Shown here one piece after another: positions 34,220 to 47,200 of a stretch of DNA of 64,000 nucleotides (within the stretch, counting starts at the first letter, position 1; each line of letters opens with the position of its first letter). The DNA is from Mustelus asterias (taxonomy: Eukaryota). The position numbers and the translations under genes are program-made. Under the pieces are notes generated by a model. That model searched no databases. It was not told the origin of the DNA and was given only the letters and a program-made list of their open reading frames with translations. The stretch spans positions 33,418,001 to 33,482,000 of the forward strand of contig NC_135824.1 in NCBI RefSeq assembly GCF_964213995.1. The letters run 5' to 3'.

Positions 34220-34975
34220 GTCAGCAAGTAACATCTGTGCCACAGAAATGCCAGGCAATGACCATCACCAATAAGAGACAATCTAATCACCACCCTTTGA
34301 CATTCAGTGGTGTCACCGTCACTGAACCCCCACTGGCAGCATCCTTGGTGTTTCCATTGATCAGAAACGCAACTGGACTCACCACATAAACACAGTGGCT
34401 ACAAGAGCAGGTCAGAGGCTCGGAATACTGCGGCGAGTAACTCACCTCCTGACTCCCCAAAGCCTGTCCGCCACCTACAAGGCACAAGTCAGGAGTGTTA
34501 TGGAATATTCTCCACTCAAGAAGTTTGACACCATCCAGGACAAAGCAGCCTGCTCGATTGGTACCATGTCCACAAACATCCACTCCCTCTATCACCGACG
34601 CTCAGTAGCAGCAGTGTGGACTATCTACAAGATGCACTGCAGCAATTCACCAAAGATCCTTAGACAGCACCTTCCAAACCCATGACCACTTCCATCTAGA
34701 AGGACAAGGACAGCAGATTCATGGGAACACCACCACCTGCACGTTCCCCTCCAAGCCACTCACCATCCTGACTTGGAAACATATCGCCGTTCTTTCGCAG
34801 TCGCTGGGTCAAAACCCTGGAATTCCCTCCCTAACGGCATTGTGGGTCAACCCACATGGATTGCAGCGATTCAAGAAGGCAGCTCACCACCACCTTCTCA
34901 AGGGCAACCAGGGATGGGCAATAAATACTGGCCAACCCCAGCGACGCCCACGTCCCATGAATGAATATAAAAAAG
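34220..34975 (+). mobile_element. 3' part of a second CR1-clade LINE; related pieces ~29500-29905(-), 45560-45740(+), 54395-54950(-)
   Basis: RAGQRLGILRRVTHLLTPQSLSATYKAQVRSVMEYSP. 3' end CCCATGAATGAATATAAAAAA. Confidence 0.8.
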
Positions 34976-37666
34976 GAATCAATTGTAGAATGTCTCCCAG
35001 AGTCTGCATTAACCTGTATGCCCCCCATGTTGAGAGGTGCAGGTTGGTTGTAAGTAATGTGGGATAGCTTTAACTCATGTTGACCTCTCCATTTTCAGAG
35101 GTGCAGCCATTCAGCATCTTGCTCAGCCCTGGCTGCAGGGCTGCAGTTACTTAAATTACCAGGAGAGTGGAGATTTGGGTGCTTTCTGCAGCTGAAGCAA
35201 TGAGTGATGGGTAATCTTGCATCACGAGACCTGTGCCTGTTTTTGGTCCATGGCCTTTTACCTATTGTACCAGGCTGCGACTATGTTTGTGTTCCATTCC
35301 ATTTGAGGTACCACTTTGGCACCATTCTCAATGTCAGGTCTGATGCACTTTCCATCCACTTATAACATTGTACTACTGGTCTACACAAAGAAACACAAGC
35401 CCCTAACCTAGGTGGGAAATATTCCAAATTAGAATGTGATAGAATTTCCACAGAAATGTCACTGAATCTTAGACCAGACTCAGAATGAATATCGTGATAA
35501 TGGAGTGAGCGGTACTGCAGGAGCACTCATGCATGCTGAGCTAACGTTGGTCCTGAATCATTGCAAGTATTCAGAATAAACACAGGCAAGGTCAGCTCCA
35601 CCTTACCTACCTCTCCCCGCTCTGTTAGCAGGGAACATCCTGTATTCCAGAGCATGGCTTGCGTGCGCCCACCCTATAAAGGACCCCCAGAGGGAGATAC
35701 TGCATAATCTCTAACATGTGACATAACTGCACCATACCTTTACGTGTGTCCAGTTGCATCATAACACGGTGGCACAGTGGTTAGCACTGCTGCCTCACAG
35801 CGCCAGGGACCCGGGTTCAATTCGGGCTTGGGTGACTGTCTGTGTGGAGTTTGCACGTTCTTCCCATGTCTGCGTGGGTTTCCTCCGGGTGCTCCTGTTT
35901 CCTCCCACAGTCCAAAGATGTGCGGGTTAGGTTGATTGGCCATGATAAATTGCTTCTTAGTGTCAGGGGGATTAGCAGGGTAAATATGTGGAGTTATGGG
36001 TTTGGGTGGGATTGTCGTCGGTGCAGGCTCACTGGGCTGAATGGCCTCGGTATGTACTGTAGGGGTTCTATGATAACATTCTATAATAAATTGCCCCTTA
36101 GTGTCCAAAGATGTGTAGGTTAGATGGATTAACCATGGTAAATGAGCAAGGTTATGGGGATATGGCAGAGGGGAGTTCCTGGGTGGGATGATCTTTTGGA
36201 GAGTTGTTGCAGTCTCAATGGGCTGAATGGCCTCCTTCTGCACTGTAGAGATTCTATGGTTAACACTTTCCAATAGACTGTGGTTTAACTGCATAGATTT
36301 CACAACACAAAAAACATGCTATTTGGCCCAACTGGTTCATGCTGGGTACACGCTATGTCATCTACTTTATCGAACTCCACCAAACATAACCTTCTACTGC
36401 TTTCTTCATCTTGTTTTTAATCTAGCTTTCCATTAAATGTACTTTGCTATTGGCCTCAATTACTCCATGTGCTATCAAATTCCAAACTCAAACAAAACAA
36501 ATGTATCTCAAGTCCTTTACTAGATTTATAAGTGGCTATCTTAATTTATTAGTGACTATCTATCTTAATTTTAAAGACCTTCAACCTTCCCTGCAAAAGA
36601 AAACAGTCCCAGCCCATTGAGTCTTTCCTAATGGTTTTAACCTCCTAGTTCTGGTATCATCATCGTAAATCTTTCTCCTTCCTTCTATATTCTTTTCATA
36701 GTACAACCAGAACTGTACACATTACTCTAAGTCTGGTCTAACCAAGATTCCCCACAAATTCTGTCCTGCCAAGACACAGTTGGATTTTGGAATACGCAGA
36801 CTATTGTGAAACCTCTTGGAACACCATATTTGAGGAATGATGAGGTTTGGTGAAATGCTTAAAAAAGCATTCCTCTGCTAAGTGTTCTGATCCCATATGA
36901 GGTCATGAAACTCAGCTTATAATGTCGCACAGCCAGACACGGTTCCTTTATCAGTGTTTTATGGATAATAACTCGAGCTGTTATCTCATTGTGTTTGTTT
37001 TTGCTGCACTGCTTCCTGTGATGTCCGGCGAGGGAAAAAAAACATTCGGCATTTTGCTTGATTTGTTATCGGGGCCTTGTAAATTATCACTCACTCACTC
37101 TGCCCGTTTCCTTCGTTCCTTTGTCTTGGTCAAACTCCTTTCTTAAAGCAAATAGCAGTTGACCATTTCAATCTATCACATGATTCAGGCAGAAAGGAAT
37201 CTGAAATCACTTCAGTGTGAGAGTGCATAACCGAATCGAGCCAACATTAACATGGGAGTCATAACATACCAATTTAAAAACTCTTTTAGCTCCATCAACA
37301 CCAGCGTGTTATTTTTATTGATGTTTTTGTAGTACGTTACTGCAGAGTAAGCTAATGTACCTTGTGGTATTGGCTTTTCCAACTTTGGGAGAGAGGCAGA
37401 CAATCCTGTAGGTATACCGATGATCTGGCATGTGATCAACCAATGAAATGCTCACCAAACTTTCACTTTGCTTCCAATGTAATCCCAATAATTCCAACGC
37501 CAGTCCGACTGTGCAAATTGATCCAAGATAACACCAGAACGTGGTGACTTCTTGCGAGCTGCGGCCAGTATATCCCCTCATTCTATCTTTTACCCTCGTT
37601 CTATGCTTTTAAAACTCTACTCTCTCTACACCCTAGCTATGACTGTAACACTACATTCTGCACTCT

Positions 37667-38334
37667 CACCTATCTTTTCCCAAAGGTAGGGGAGTCTAAA
37701 ACTAGAGGGCATAGGTTTAAGGTGAGAGGGGAGAGATACAAAAGGGTCCAGAGGGGCAATTTTTTCACTCAGAGAATCATAGAAATCCTACAGTGCAGAA
37801 GGAGGCCAGTCGGCCCATCGAGTCTGCACCAACAACAATCCCACCCAAGCCCTATCCCCGCTTGGTTAACCTGCTAATCCCTCTAACCTATCACATCCTG
37901 GGGCACTAAGGGTTAATTTAGCATGGCCAATCAACCTAACCTGCACATCTTTGGACTGTGGGAGGAAACCGGAGCACCCGGAGGAAACACACGCAGCCAC
38001 GGGGAGAATGTGCAAACTCCACACAGACAGTGACCCAAGCTGGGAATTGAACCCAGGTCCCTGGCGCTGTGAGGCAGCAGTGCGAACCACTGTGCCACCA
38101 TACCGCCGTACCACAGAGGGTGGTGAGTGTCTGAAACAAGCTGCCAGAGGTGGTAGCAGAGGCGGGTACAATTTTGTCTTTTGAAAAGCATTTAGACAGT
38201 TACATGGGTAAGATGGGTACAGAGGGATATGGGCCAAATGCAGGCAATTGGGACTAGCTTAGTGGTAAAAATGGGCGGCATGGACAAGTTGGGCCGAAGG
38301 GCCTGTTACCATGCTGTAAACCTCTATGACTCTG
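37667..38334 (+). mobile_element. CR1 3' fragment inside a Rex1/Babar-like end and hosting a V-SINE; same CR1 subfamily at ~44572-44975(-) and 47077-47480(-)
   Basis: Shared ...AAGGTGAGAGGGGAGAGATACAAAAG...AGAGGGGCAATTTTTT sequence. ACTCT duplicated at the flanks. Confidence 0.78.
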
Positions 38335-40039
38335 ACTCTTTCCTTCTCTATGTACAGTATGCTTTGTCTGTATAGCGCGCAAGAAACAATACTTTTCACT
38401 GTATAGTAATATATGTGACAATAATGAATCAAATCAAATCAAAAAAAGTTTGGAATTTTATATCAAAAAATGAAAGTGACCTTAAGAAGGTTCTCAGTTT
38501 TGAATGGGGGAAGTCCCAAGGCCAGTGCTTGTTTCTCTCGGTTTGTCTCAGTTGGTAGAATACTCACCACTCAGTTAGACAGTTGTGCTCTCACGCTATT
38601 CAAGTATTTACGGCAGGATTCTGAGCCCCTGATGAGAGCAAGCAAGGAAATAGCTGATTTTGGTGGGTGGCACAGTGGTTAGCACTGCTGCCTCACAGCG
38701 CCAGGGACCTGGGTTCAATTCCAGCCTTGGGTGACTGCCTGTGTGGAGTTTGCACCTTCTCCCCATGTCTGCGAGGGTTTCCTCCGAGTGCTCCAGTTTC
38801 CTCCCAGAGTCCAAAGATGTGCAGGTTAGGGGGATTAGTGGGCTAAATATGTGGAAGTTACGGCGATGGGGCCTGGGTAAGAGTCAGTGCAGACTCGATG
38901 GGCCGAATGGCCTCCTTCCGCACTGTAGGGATTCTATGGAACCTTTGCACCACCTGCTGGCGCACTGTTTGGGGGCACCATCCCACCGCCAGGCCATTAT
39001 CTCTGAAATGGGATGGAGGAGTGGCAAGATGCCAATGAAGAATCTTTAAAGATTTATTAAGACCTATTGTCAGAGGCGGACTGGAATTCCTTAGCAGCCT
39101 GTGGGCTTCCCGAGGTGTCAGGGGCTGGGTCAGCTGCCTGAAATCAGCCTCCTGGTGGCAGATCAGGGAGCCACCACTCCAGGGAGGCTTTGAGGCCTTC
39201 CCTACCTGTCCAGCTAAATGCTGCAGCCACGGGTTGCCCTTTGAAGGAATTCCCTCTCCACAATAGTGTCCTGGCTGCTGAGTCTAGTTTTTATTTAAAT
39301 GTTTATTAAGTTGGGAAGAGGGCACCTCCACATTGAGGTGCTCTCTTGTCTTCCTACCTGGAGAGGCAGTCTGCTGCTTCTTTAGTGCGGGAGGGCGCCC
39401 ATTCAGGTCCCCAGCTTCAAGAGCACTCCTGGCATCCTTAATTGGATGGTGAGCCCACCCTCTGGTCACAAATTAGCCAATTTGAGGAAAGTCAGTTGTC
39501 GGTGACTATTTCCCACACAGAGTGAGGTTATGTCCCTGACATTGGAATCCCAAACTAAAGGACAAAACGCTGCTCTTACCATTTTATCATCCAACATTAC
39601 CAGGATGGAAGAAGGAGCCCTAGTTGGACACCCGGGGAAGTGCTGTACTCCTGGTTGAGTTGTCCTTCAGCTGAGATATCCCATTTGTCTGATTAGAGCT
39701 TTAACAATCATAGAATCATTGAATCCCTACAGTAGAAGGATGCCATTCGGCCCATCAAGTCTGCACCGACCACAATCCCACCCCTGGCCCTATCCCATAA
39801 CCCCACTTTTTTACCCTGCTAACCCTGCTAACGTTAAGGGGCAATTTAGCATGGCCAATCAACCTAACCAGCACATCTTTCGGACTGTGGGAGGAAACCG
39901 GAGCACCCGGAGGAAACCCACACTGACATGGGGAGAATGTGCAAACTCCACACACGGAATCGAACCCAGGTCCCTGGCACTGTGAGGCAGCAGTGCTAGC
40001 CACTGTGCCACCATGCCGCCCTATCGCCTATGCAATCCT

Positions 40040-41150
40040 ATGAAACAATGGGAATTGGGTGAGGGGGGGAATCTCTCCGCTGGTGGGAGTCATGCCTGGT
40101 ACAGGGAAGATGGTTATGAATTTTGGAGCACAATCATCTCCATTCCAGGGCATCACTGCAGGAGTTCCTCAGGGTAGTGTTCTCGGCCCAACCATCTTCA
40201 GCTGCTTCATCAATGACCTTCCTCATCATAAGGTCAGAAGTGAGGATGTTTGCTAATGATTGCACAATGCATTTGTATTTCCTCAGGTACTGAAACAGTC
40301 TTTGCCCATGTGCAGCAAGGGCTGAACAACATTCAGACTTGGGTTGATAAGTGGCAAGCAGCATTTGTGCCACACAAGTGCCAGGCAATAACCATCTCCA
40401 ATAAGAGAGAATGCAACCATATTCCCTTAACATTGAACATCCTGGGAGTTTCCATGAACCAGAAATTTAACTGGACCATCTGCAGAAATACTGAGGTTAC
40501 AAGAACAGGTCAGAGTCTGGGAATTCTGCAGTCAGTAACTCACCTCCTGACTCCCCAAAGCCTGCCCACCATCCACAAGGCACAAGTCAGGAATGTGATG
40601 GAATACTCTCCACTCACCTGGATGACTACAGCTCCAAGACCACACAAGAAGTTTGACACCATTCAGGACAAAGCAGTCCGCTTGATTGGAATCCCATCTG
40701 CCACCTTAAACATTCACGCCTCCCATTCTCCCCCCCACACTACCACCCCCCCCCCCCCCCCCCCCACAAAACCACCATCAATGCACAATGGCAGCCATGT
40801 ATGCCATCTACAGCTTGCACTGCAGGAGCCCACCAAGGCTCCTTAGACAACACCTCCCAAACCCACCACTTCTACCACCTCGAAAGATGAAGGCAGCAAA
40901 TCCATGGGGACAGCATCATTTGCAAGTTCCCCTCCAAGCCGCACACCATCCTGACTTGGGAATATATTGCCATTCCTTCACTGTCACTGGGTCAAAATCC
41001 TGGATCTCCCTCCCTAACAGCAATGTGGGTGTACCTACACAACATGGGCTTCAGCAGTTTAAGAAGGCAGGTCACCACTACCTTCTCAAGGGCAATTAAC
41101 CATGGACAGTAAATGCTGGCGTTGCCGATGACAACCTCATGCCACGAAGG
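40040..41150 (+). mobile_element. Degenerate second CR1-clade LINE (RT to 3' end)
   Basis: GVPQGSVLGPTIFSCFINDLP, FAND (decayed FADD), WVDKWQ, KAQVRNVMEYSP, with frameshifts. Confidence 0.82.
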
Positions 41151-43427
41151 AACAAAGATACTATTTTAAAGAGGAGGAGGATTCTCTCTGTGTCCTATCA
41201 TTCCCAGTATCGAACAGTTCATTTGACTCCTTATCCAACTATGAAATTAAAAGAGAAAAGATTCCAGATTTCCACTGTGCTTTGTGTGAAAAAGTGCTTC
41301 CCAATTTCACTCCCAATAGCCTAGCACCGATTTAAAAATTATATTCTCGATCTGAATTTTATCGCACTGGAGAAAATAGATTCTATCAACCCCATTGAAT
41401 CCTTCAATCACTTTAAATATGTTGAGCCGAACTTTCCCCCTCTCTTCAGGTACCGTGCCCTAACAGAGCAGCAGTGACCAAGCACCTCCATTGTTAACCT
41501 TGCTCTGGAGGCATGGATCATCTTCATTGGTTGTCCATTCATCCAGTTCGTGAGGCTCTTTAAGAAGATGATCTTTACCGCCATCTCTTTCACCGTTGAT
41601 CTTTCTCAGCCTCAGACTATCTGGGCAGAGTGTCTGGTTCAGACTGAAAACCAGTGTCTCTTTCTCCGGCTGCACAGCTGAGTTTTCAGACCAGATTTTC
41701 TGGCACTCAGTGCACAGAGACGATGGGGGTGTGTTTTGCGTCATCGCTCTTGTGGGGCAGGGCCTGATAGAGGAACCGCCCACAAGCATTGGGGCAACCC
41801 CCCCTCCCCTCCCCCCCCACAACCATGCAACTATCGGGGCCACTCTCCCCCTACCCATACCTCTGCAGAAGTATCGTGGCGCACTCCCCCTCTACAGGCA
41901 TTAGCTTCCCCCAACCAGTGCACGAAAGGGGAAACCTCCCCCAACCCCCACCCCCATGGGGCTCCCCAGAGGGCTCAGCTCTTGGCACTGCCAGGGCATA
42001 ACACTCTCTCCCGGGGATTGTACTTGCCTTGGCACCCCTGGTGGGTTCCCCGCGACTGATTCCCATTTTTATACAGCTGTTGTGAACCTCGCCAGCGTGA
42101 CGTTGATTCTTGGGTGAGCTATTTTGCTGGTTTTAAATTGGAATATTTGCAATGCAGTGAGAAATGTTTGAGAGTGGTTGAAAGGAAGCGAGGAATATTA
42201 GAAATTTAGGAGCAGGAATAGGCCATTCAGCCTCTTGAACCTCCTCCTCCATTTGACTAGATCATGACCGATTATCCACCTCCACGGCACTTACCCGCAC
42301 TGTCCCCATATCCCTTGGTGTCATTAGTATCCAGAAATCTATCAATTTCTGTCTTCAACATGCTCAGTGACAGCCCTCTGGGATTGAGAATTCCAAAGAT
42401 ATATATTATTGTACAAATAGATAGTGTGTGAATCATCAGCTCTTTCTAACTGGATGGTTGAATTGAAGAGGGGATTATAGAAGGTTAAGGGGTTTAAAAA
42501 CAGGCATTAGCATGAAACAGCAGTCTCAAAACATATCATTTTTGAAAGCTTGTTTTCCTGTTCTTTATGCATTTTCCATAACTCGTGAATCAAAACAATT
42601 CAAAATGATGCAATGGACAAAGACTGAGGGAGCTACTTCATCCAAGTAGCGAACTTTAACCCGGTTACCGGTACCTTATACACCTTCCTGGGAATCTATT
42701 AACTAAATGTATTAGTCGGTGCGAATGTTGGCATAACCTCAGATTAGGAAGAAGGGATTAAAACTAATGACACTGTAGGAAGATTTGAATGCAGCCCAGC
42801 AGAGTGAATTGACTTTACTGGTAGGAATCGGACTGTTAAAGAATAACCATTAAAATGAGTTCGGTAATGAAGTTACATTTCATAGAATCCCTACAGTGCA
42901 GAAGGAGGCCATTCGGCCCATCGAATCTGCACCAACCACAGTCCCACCCAAGCCCTATTCTCATAACTCCACACATTTGTGCTAGCAATCCCCCTGACAC
43001 TAGGGTCAATTTAGCATGGCCAATCAACCTAACCTGCACATCTTTGGAGTGTGGGAGGAAACCGGAGCACCCGGAGGCAACCCACGCAGACGCAGGGAGA
43101 ACGTGCAAACTTCACACAGACAGTGACCCAAGACCGGAATTGAACCCGGGTCCCTGGCACTGTGAGGCAACAGTGCTAAGCACTGTGCCACCGTGCCGCC
43201 CTTGTTTCCATGGATGAGGTATATTAAAAATTTCAACAGATGTTTTGGATCGGGTAAGAGGTTAAAGCATTGGAAATCTGAATCCCAACCTCAGCCCATC
43301 TCCAAACTGTCTACTTTCAGTATTAATGCAAGCAGGACAGGGTGGGGGAAGGTGTAGGCAACCAATTCAAGACAGTTTGGCAATTTGAATATTATAATGA
43401 GGCTGTGCTTTATTTTTATGCACCATT

Positions 43428-44207
43428 TGTTAGGGTACAAGATCAGGAACACTGAGGTATATTCAGGTATATATATTAAGTTAGACTAGACCCCAACTAT
43501 TTACTATTTTGGCATTAATGTAAGGATATGATATTTCACTCCAGGTGCGATTCTACTGACACACTAAAAAGCTTTCATCAAAACAAACTTTATTTAACAA
43601 CATAGTTTAACTATGACAAATGAATTAGCTTAACGTTTAACATTTGAACAATACTTAAACATGACAAGATACAATTCTTAACTGCTAATCTATCCCTTTG
43701 AGTTCCAATTCAAGCAATATTCCTCTTATAGACTTAAAACCCCTCTTCAAAATCAGTTAGCCAACACAGGCTTACATGTTTGCACCCAGATCACCAGTCA
43801 TAGAGTTCTTAGAGCACTTCTGCAGAAAGAGACAGAGAGACACGTCTTGCTTCTTTCAGAACCATGACAGAAGAGGCAGAAACTGATTGTTTTTTTAAAG
43901 AAGAAGAAACAGTGCATCTTTCTTGCAAGCTCAGCTCTTCCCCATTAACTCATGAATGTCTCTGTCAATCAACCTAATCAAAACCTTGTTCTGAAACCCC
44001 AGGGGAAAACCCAGGTAAACACAAATGCATTAACTCAGATTAGACAAATATCCCATTAACTAATCCATGATTATCCTGCATCCTTAACATTTGAGTTGCC
44101 TGTTGCCCAAACAAATCAGCATCTTGTAAAACAGAGCTGAATTTTAAACATATCCCTTCCAAGAAACATAATGAGAATACATTTCTTAAAGGCACAGTAT
44201 CATCATA
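43428..44207. mobile_element. Probable solo LTR
   Basis: Begins TGTTAGGG and ends ...GGCACAGTATCATCATA. Non-coding. Possible degenerate 4-bp TSD CATT/TATT. Resembles shark LTR repeats as I recall them. Confidence 0.4.
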
Positions 44208-47200
44208 TATTTAAATTTAATTCTTCATGTACAAGTTCCCCAAACCTGTGACATCTGACAGCTGCAAGGAGAGACGGCTTATTAAATATGGAAGCAAAGT
44301 GCCTTTCCACTGTTGTTGGATTGAAAGTGAATATATCTGCCACATCCCCATAAATGGCCAACATCCTCAACCCCTTCCGATCTCGCACCTATCTATCGCA
44401 GAAGACTCAGATTTCCTTCTTCTCCCACACAGCCCACGAGACCTCTGAGCTTTAAACCTCCTCCTCGCTCTGAGGCCTTTGACCTCTGATCCATTATTTC
44501 TCCAGAGGCCTGTGATCCCTCAGTCCTCCAACCTTCTCCCCACCGCTCTCAATATTTAAGTGACCTTGCCTCATCGAGTCATAGAGGTTTGCAGCATGGA
44601 AACGGGCCCTTCAGCCCAACTTGTCCATGCCGCCCTTTTTTTTAACCACTAAGCTCATCCCAATTGCCCGCATTTATCCCATATCCCTCTATACCCATCC
44701 TACCCATGTAACTGTCTAAATGCTTTTTAAAAGGCAAAATTGTACCTGCCTCTACTACTACTTCTGGCAGCTCGTTCCAGCCACTCACCACCCACTGTGT
44801 GAAAAAATTGCCCCTCTGGACTTTTTTGTATCTCTCCCCTCTCACCTTAAACCTATGCCCTGTAATTTTAGACTCCCCTACCTTTGGGAAAAGATGTTGA
44901 CTATCTAGCTGATCTATGTCCCTCTTTATCTTATAGGCCTCTATAAGATCACCCCTCAGCCTTCTATGCTCCAGGGAAATAGAAGGGGTACTTAACAAAA
45001 CTTTATAGAGAGGTGACGGAGGATTGTAACATTTCCCTGTTGATGTGATGCACGATTAAGGTTGTAATATATTTTGTCCCACATTACGGCATTACATTGT
45101 GTGTTCATGAAAAAAAAAGGTTCAGTCATCTTTCAATGATCTTGGTTTCTCTTTAAATGTTGCGGCAGTGGCACAGTGGTTAGCACTGCTGCCTCACAGC
45201 GCCAGGGACCCAGATTCAATTCCAGCCTCGGGTCACTGTCTGTGCAGAGTTCTCCCCATGTCTGCCTCTGGGTGCTCCAGTTTCCTCCCGCAGTCCAAAG
45301 ATGTGCGGGTTAGGTTGATTGGCCATGCTAAATTGACCCTAGTGTCAGGGGGATTAGCAGGGTAAATGTGTGGGAATTGTACGGGAATTGGGCTTGGGTG
45401 GGATGTGGTCGGTACAGACTCAATGGGCTGAATAGCCTCCTTCTGTACTGTAGGGATTCTATGATTTACAACAACTAGTTGCATTCAGAAAATATTTCTC
45501 ACTTAGACAATGCTTTACAAGGTAGAAAACATGATTGGCTGTAATATCTTCTCCACGTCGCTCACCATCCTGACTTAGAAATATCTCAACATTCCTTCAT
45601 CATCACTGGAACAATATCCCAGAATTCCCCAGCTGGCAACACCATGGGAAAGCAGTCACTCTAATAACTGCTGGAGTTCAGGTCGATGGTCCCTCAGCAA
45701 CACTGTCAGGGCAACTAAATGTGGTCTTGCCCCCATCCTGAGAGCAGCTCTTTAAAAAATGGAACAAAACTCTGCAAAAGAAGATCGATGATCTGCGTTA
45801 TTTTTAATTGGCGTAATGTAGGGAAACTCCCATGTTTGTTTATCAAAATAGTCTTCCATAGAAGTGAATGGGGATGAGTTGGATTTAATGTTGTGTTTGT
45901 CAGAGCCAAACAGCTAGGAACATATGCTCTTGTTAAAAATCACCCAATTTTGTGCTGTGATGATCTCAGAAATAACAAGATATCCATAGAGACCAGAGAG
46001 GTAAACCCCTGCCAGCCCAGCTGTTATTGTCTTACACCATTTCACCCCGACAACATTTGGAGTGGTTTTTCGGAGGACACTTACAAAACCATGGCTACTT
46101 CGTATCGATGTAAAATGGACTTCGTATGTTCCTGAGATCTCAACCCACATTTAAACAGGTTGGCTTAAAGATATCCACAGCAATAAAACCAGTAGGTCAC
46201 TCGAGATCCACTTCGAATGTGGCAGAAACAGGGCTCTTTGAGGTGAGTTGGACATTACTGAAGATCACTCTATTTTAGCTGCTTTTCTGCTAAATAGTCA
46301 CTACCCTTAGAAAGTCTGTTTTTTTCCATTGCCAGCTTGTAAGACCCAATCAGGGTCATAAAATCCTACAATGCAGAAGGAGGCCATTTGGCCCGAGTCT
46401 GCACCGACGACAATCACACCCAAGCCCTTCCCCCACAATTGCACACAATCACACACGGGGCATCACGGAGGCACGATGGTTAGCACTGCTGCCTCACAGC
46501 AGGTTCGATTCCCGGCTTGGGTCACTGTTTGTGCGGAGTTTGCACGTTCTCCCAGTGTCTGTGTGGGTTTCCTCTGGGTGCTCCGGTTTCCTCCCACAGT
46601 CTGAAAGACGTGCTGGTTAGGTGCATTGGCCGTGCTAAATTCTCCCTCAGTGCAACCGAACAGGTGCTGGATTGTGGTGACTAGGGGATTTTCACAGTAA
46701 CTTCATTACAGTGTTAATGTAAGCCTATTTGTGACACTGATAAATAAACTTTAAACATTTATCCTGCTAATCCCCCTGACACTAAGGGGCAACTTACCAT
46801 GGCCAATCCACCTAACTTGCACGTCCTTCGGACTGGGAGGAAACCGGAGCACCTGGAGGAAACCTACGCAGACACGGGGAGAACCTAAATAAGGCCAATT
46901 AAAGGAGGCTGATTGGGATTGTGTTGAAGCACTCTCATCATCTATTACAGTCTGTTGCTCCTCTCATGTTGGAAGGTCACTGATTGGTCCCCCCAGTTTT
47001 GAGAGCCAGCCTACTGTCTGGAGGAGAACCTTCCTCCATGGAGTGCCCATGTGAAAATCCCAGTGAGTGACTGACAGAATTGTACCTGCCTCTACTACTA
47101 CCTCTGGCAGCTTGTTCCAGACACTCACCACCCTGTGTGTCAAAAAATTGCCCCTCTGGACTCTTTTGTATCTCTCCCCTCTCACCTTAAACCTATGCCC

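Noticed and set aside
36900-37600. Unique sequence with overlapping minus-strand ORFs and a possible 45-nt antisense exon
   Set aside because: No recognisable motif and weak splice signals; cannot be supported without conservation data.
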